Below are positions 62,735-64,000 of a DNA stretch of 64,000 nucleotides, piece by piece. The translations under genes and the position numbers were made by a program. How positions within the stretch are numbered: position 1 is the stretch's first letter; every line of letters starts with the position of its first letter. This DNA comes from Chara braunii (lineage: Eukaryota; Plantae; Charophyceae), in contig BFEA01000002.1 of assembly GCA_003427395.1 (NCBI GenBank), positions 3,391,309 through 3,455,308 of the forward strand, given 5' to 3'. The notes under the pieces are model-generated. The model was not told the DNA's origin. It was given only the letters and a program-made list of their open reading frames with translations, and ran no database searches.

Positions 62735-63082
62735 AGAGTATCGCGTGTGGGATATCCAGGGTGATCCTGCGTGTGCGAACAGAGAGTTGTATGGGCGCTG
62801 AGTCGCCATAGCCATCGAAATGAACTTGATCTGAGTTGTGTTCTTGGTTGCCATATCTCTGAGTTCTGAGTGGGCACTTGTCGCCAGTTTGCTGCGCACC
62901 TGTTTGCATACATGTAAGTGTGAATGAAAGCGAGTCTGATTGCATGAGTATGCCCTGAGTTTCGTTTGCTCTCTTTCTCTTTTGTTCTCTCTTCTAAATC
63001 CTCTCTGTGTTCTTGTTTCTGTTTACGTTAACCTGTCCTTACTTTCTCTGTGTGTGGATTTTATGCCTGCCAATCATGTCAG

Positions 63083-63269
63083 CCCTGGACGTCAACACTT
63101 ACACACGGATGTGGGCCATCGTCGCCAAGCAAATTTTGCCACACAACATTTCACTGTATGACACAGCTTATGTGTTCGCGGCTATGGCCATCGTTCAGCA
63201 GGATGGGATCGCTTCGGTGTTTGATAATAAATGGTATCACTTCTTCTGGAGACCAGTCACTGCAATTCG
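63083..63269 (+). CDS. Haloperoxidase/PAP2-like gene, exon 4 (KX6RP motif); the gene continues beyond the window
   Basis: Acceptor gtcag|CC in phase 1 matches exon 3. Peptide DNKWYHFFWRPVTAIR. Donor CG|GTACGT. Confidence 0.9.
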
Positions 63270-63905
63270 GTACGTTATCTAAATCTGAATCAATAAATAG
63301 GTAGGGCCGACATGGGTCAAAAGAAAGGAGGGACAAGCGGAGAAAAAAAAAAAAGAAAAAAAAAAGAAAGGATTGCAGTTATCATCCTTCATGTTGAACG
63401 TCACATACAGACACTATTAAATTTAGTATTTACCTTTTTTTTTTTTTTTTTTTTAGTAGTATTTACTATTTACTCTGCAGCTGTCATGGTCCCGTTAAAT
63501 TTGACAGGTTGCAAGTACATTGGTTTCCATACTGCAGTCATCCGACGCTTATTCTTGCTGTATCTAGACTCAAAGTTGGCCCAAATACAGCTATAATGAC
63601 CGTGCGTTGTATTCGGATCAACACAGTAGGTGGACCCTTCTTCAGGAAAGGCAAAAAAGGGAAAACAGTGAACAACAACAAAAAAAAAAAAGAAGAAGAA
63701 GAAAAAAAAAAGAAACAGAACCTTTCAATGTGCATTGCGACTTGCAAGAGGTATTTAAAAAAAAATAAAAAAAATTTGCATTGCAAGAGGGTATGAAGTT
63801 ATGAACTACTATGAAGGCCTTTGGGACATGCATTAAAATTGAACAAGTAAACGCGCCGCGGGGGAACATACGTGATTGAAGAAGTGAGTGACACACACAC
63901 TCTCC

Positions 63906-64000
<95 letters not shown>

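Noticed and set aside
63480-63600. Possible exon 5 of the haloperoxidase-like gene after ctgcag
   Set aside because: The phase-compatible translation lacks the expected PSGH motif.

Overview
Repeat-rich eukaryotic draft-genome window with N gaps and many microsatellites. The TE types and gene style resemble a charophyte alga such as Chara (inference, not checked). There are two host genes. One is an intronless P-class PPR gene (16754-21202, +). The other is a spliced vanadium-haloperoxidase/PAP2-superfamily gene whose first four exons span 46069-63269 (+) and which continues past the window. Most of the rest is transposable elements: a 13.5-kb Ty3/Gypsy element with 2.65-kb LTRs (23313-36800, -), two related solo LTRs, three L1/Tx1-type LINEs (two with clear TSDs), a chromovirus-type Gypsy fragment, and several MITE/foldback and tRNA-derived repeats. 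The Gypsy element and one LINE are nested inside a TTAA-flanked TIR element. The most unusual signal is the end structure of the large Gypsy element. Its 5' LTR lacks the terminal att sequence and it has no polypurine tract. A pre-formed palindromic att-att junction (CGCGTCACA-TA-TGTGACG) sits where the PPT should be, which fits integration through a 2-LTR circle. The same element has a PHD-finger integrase separated from RT-RNaseH by a stop codon, plus extra 3' ORFs. A Nextera mate-pair junction adapter at 53073-53110 is an assembly artefact.
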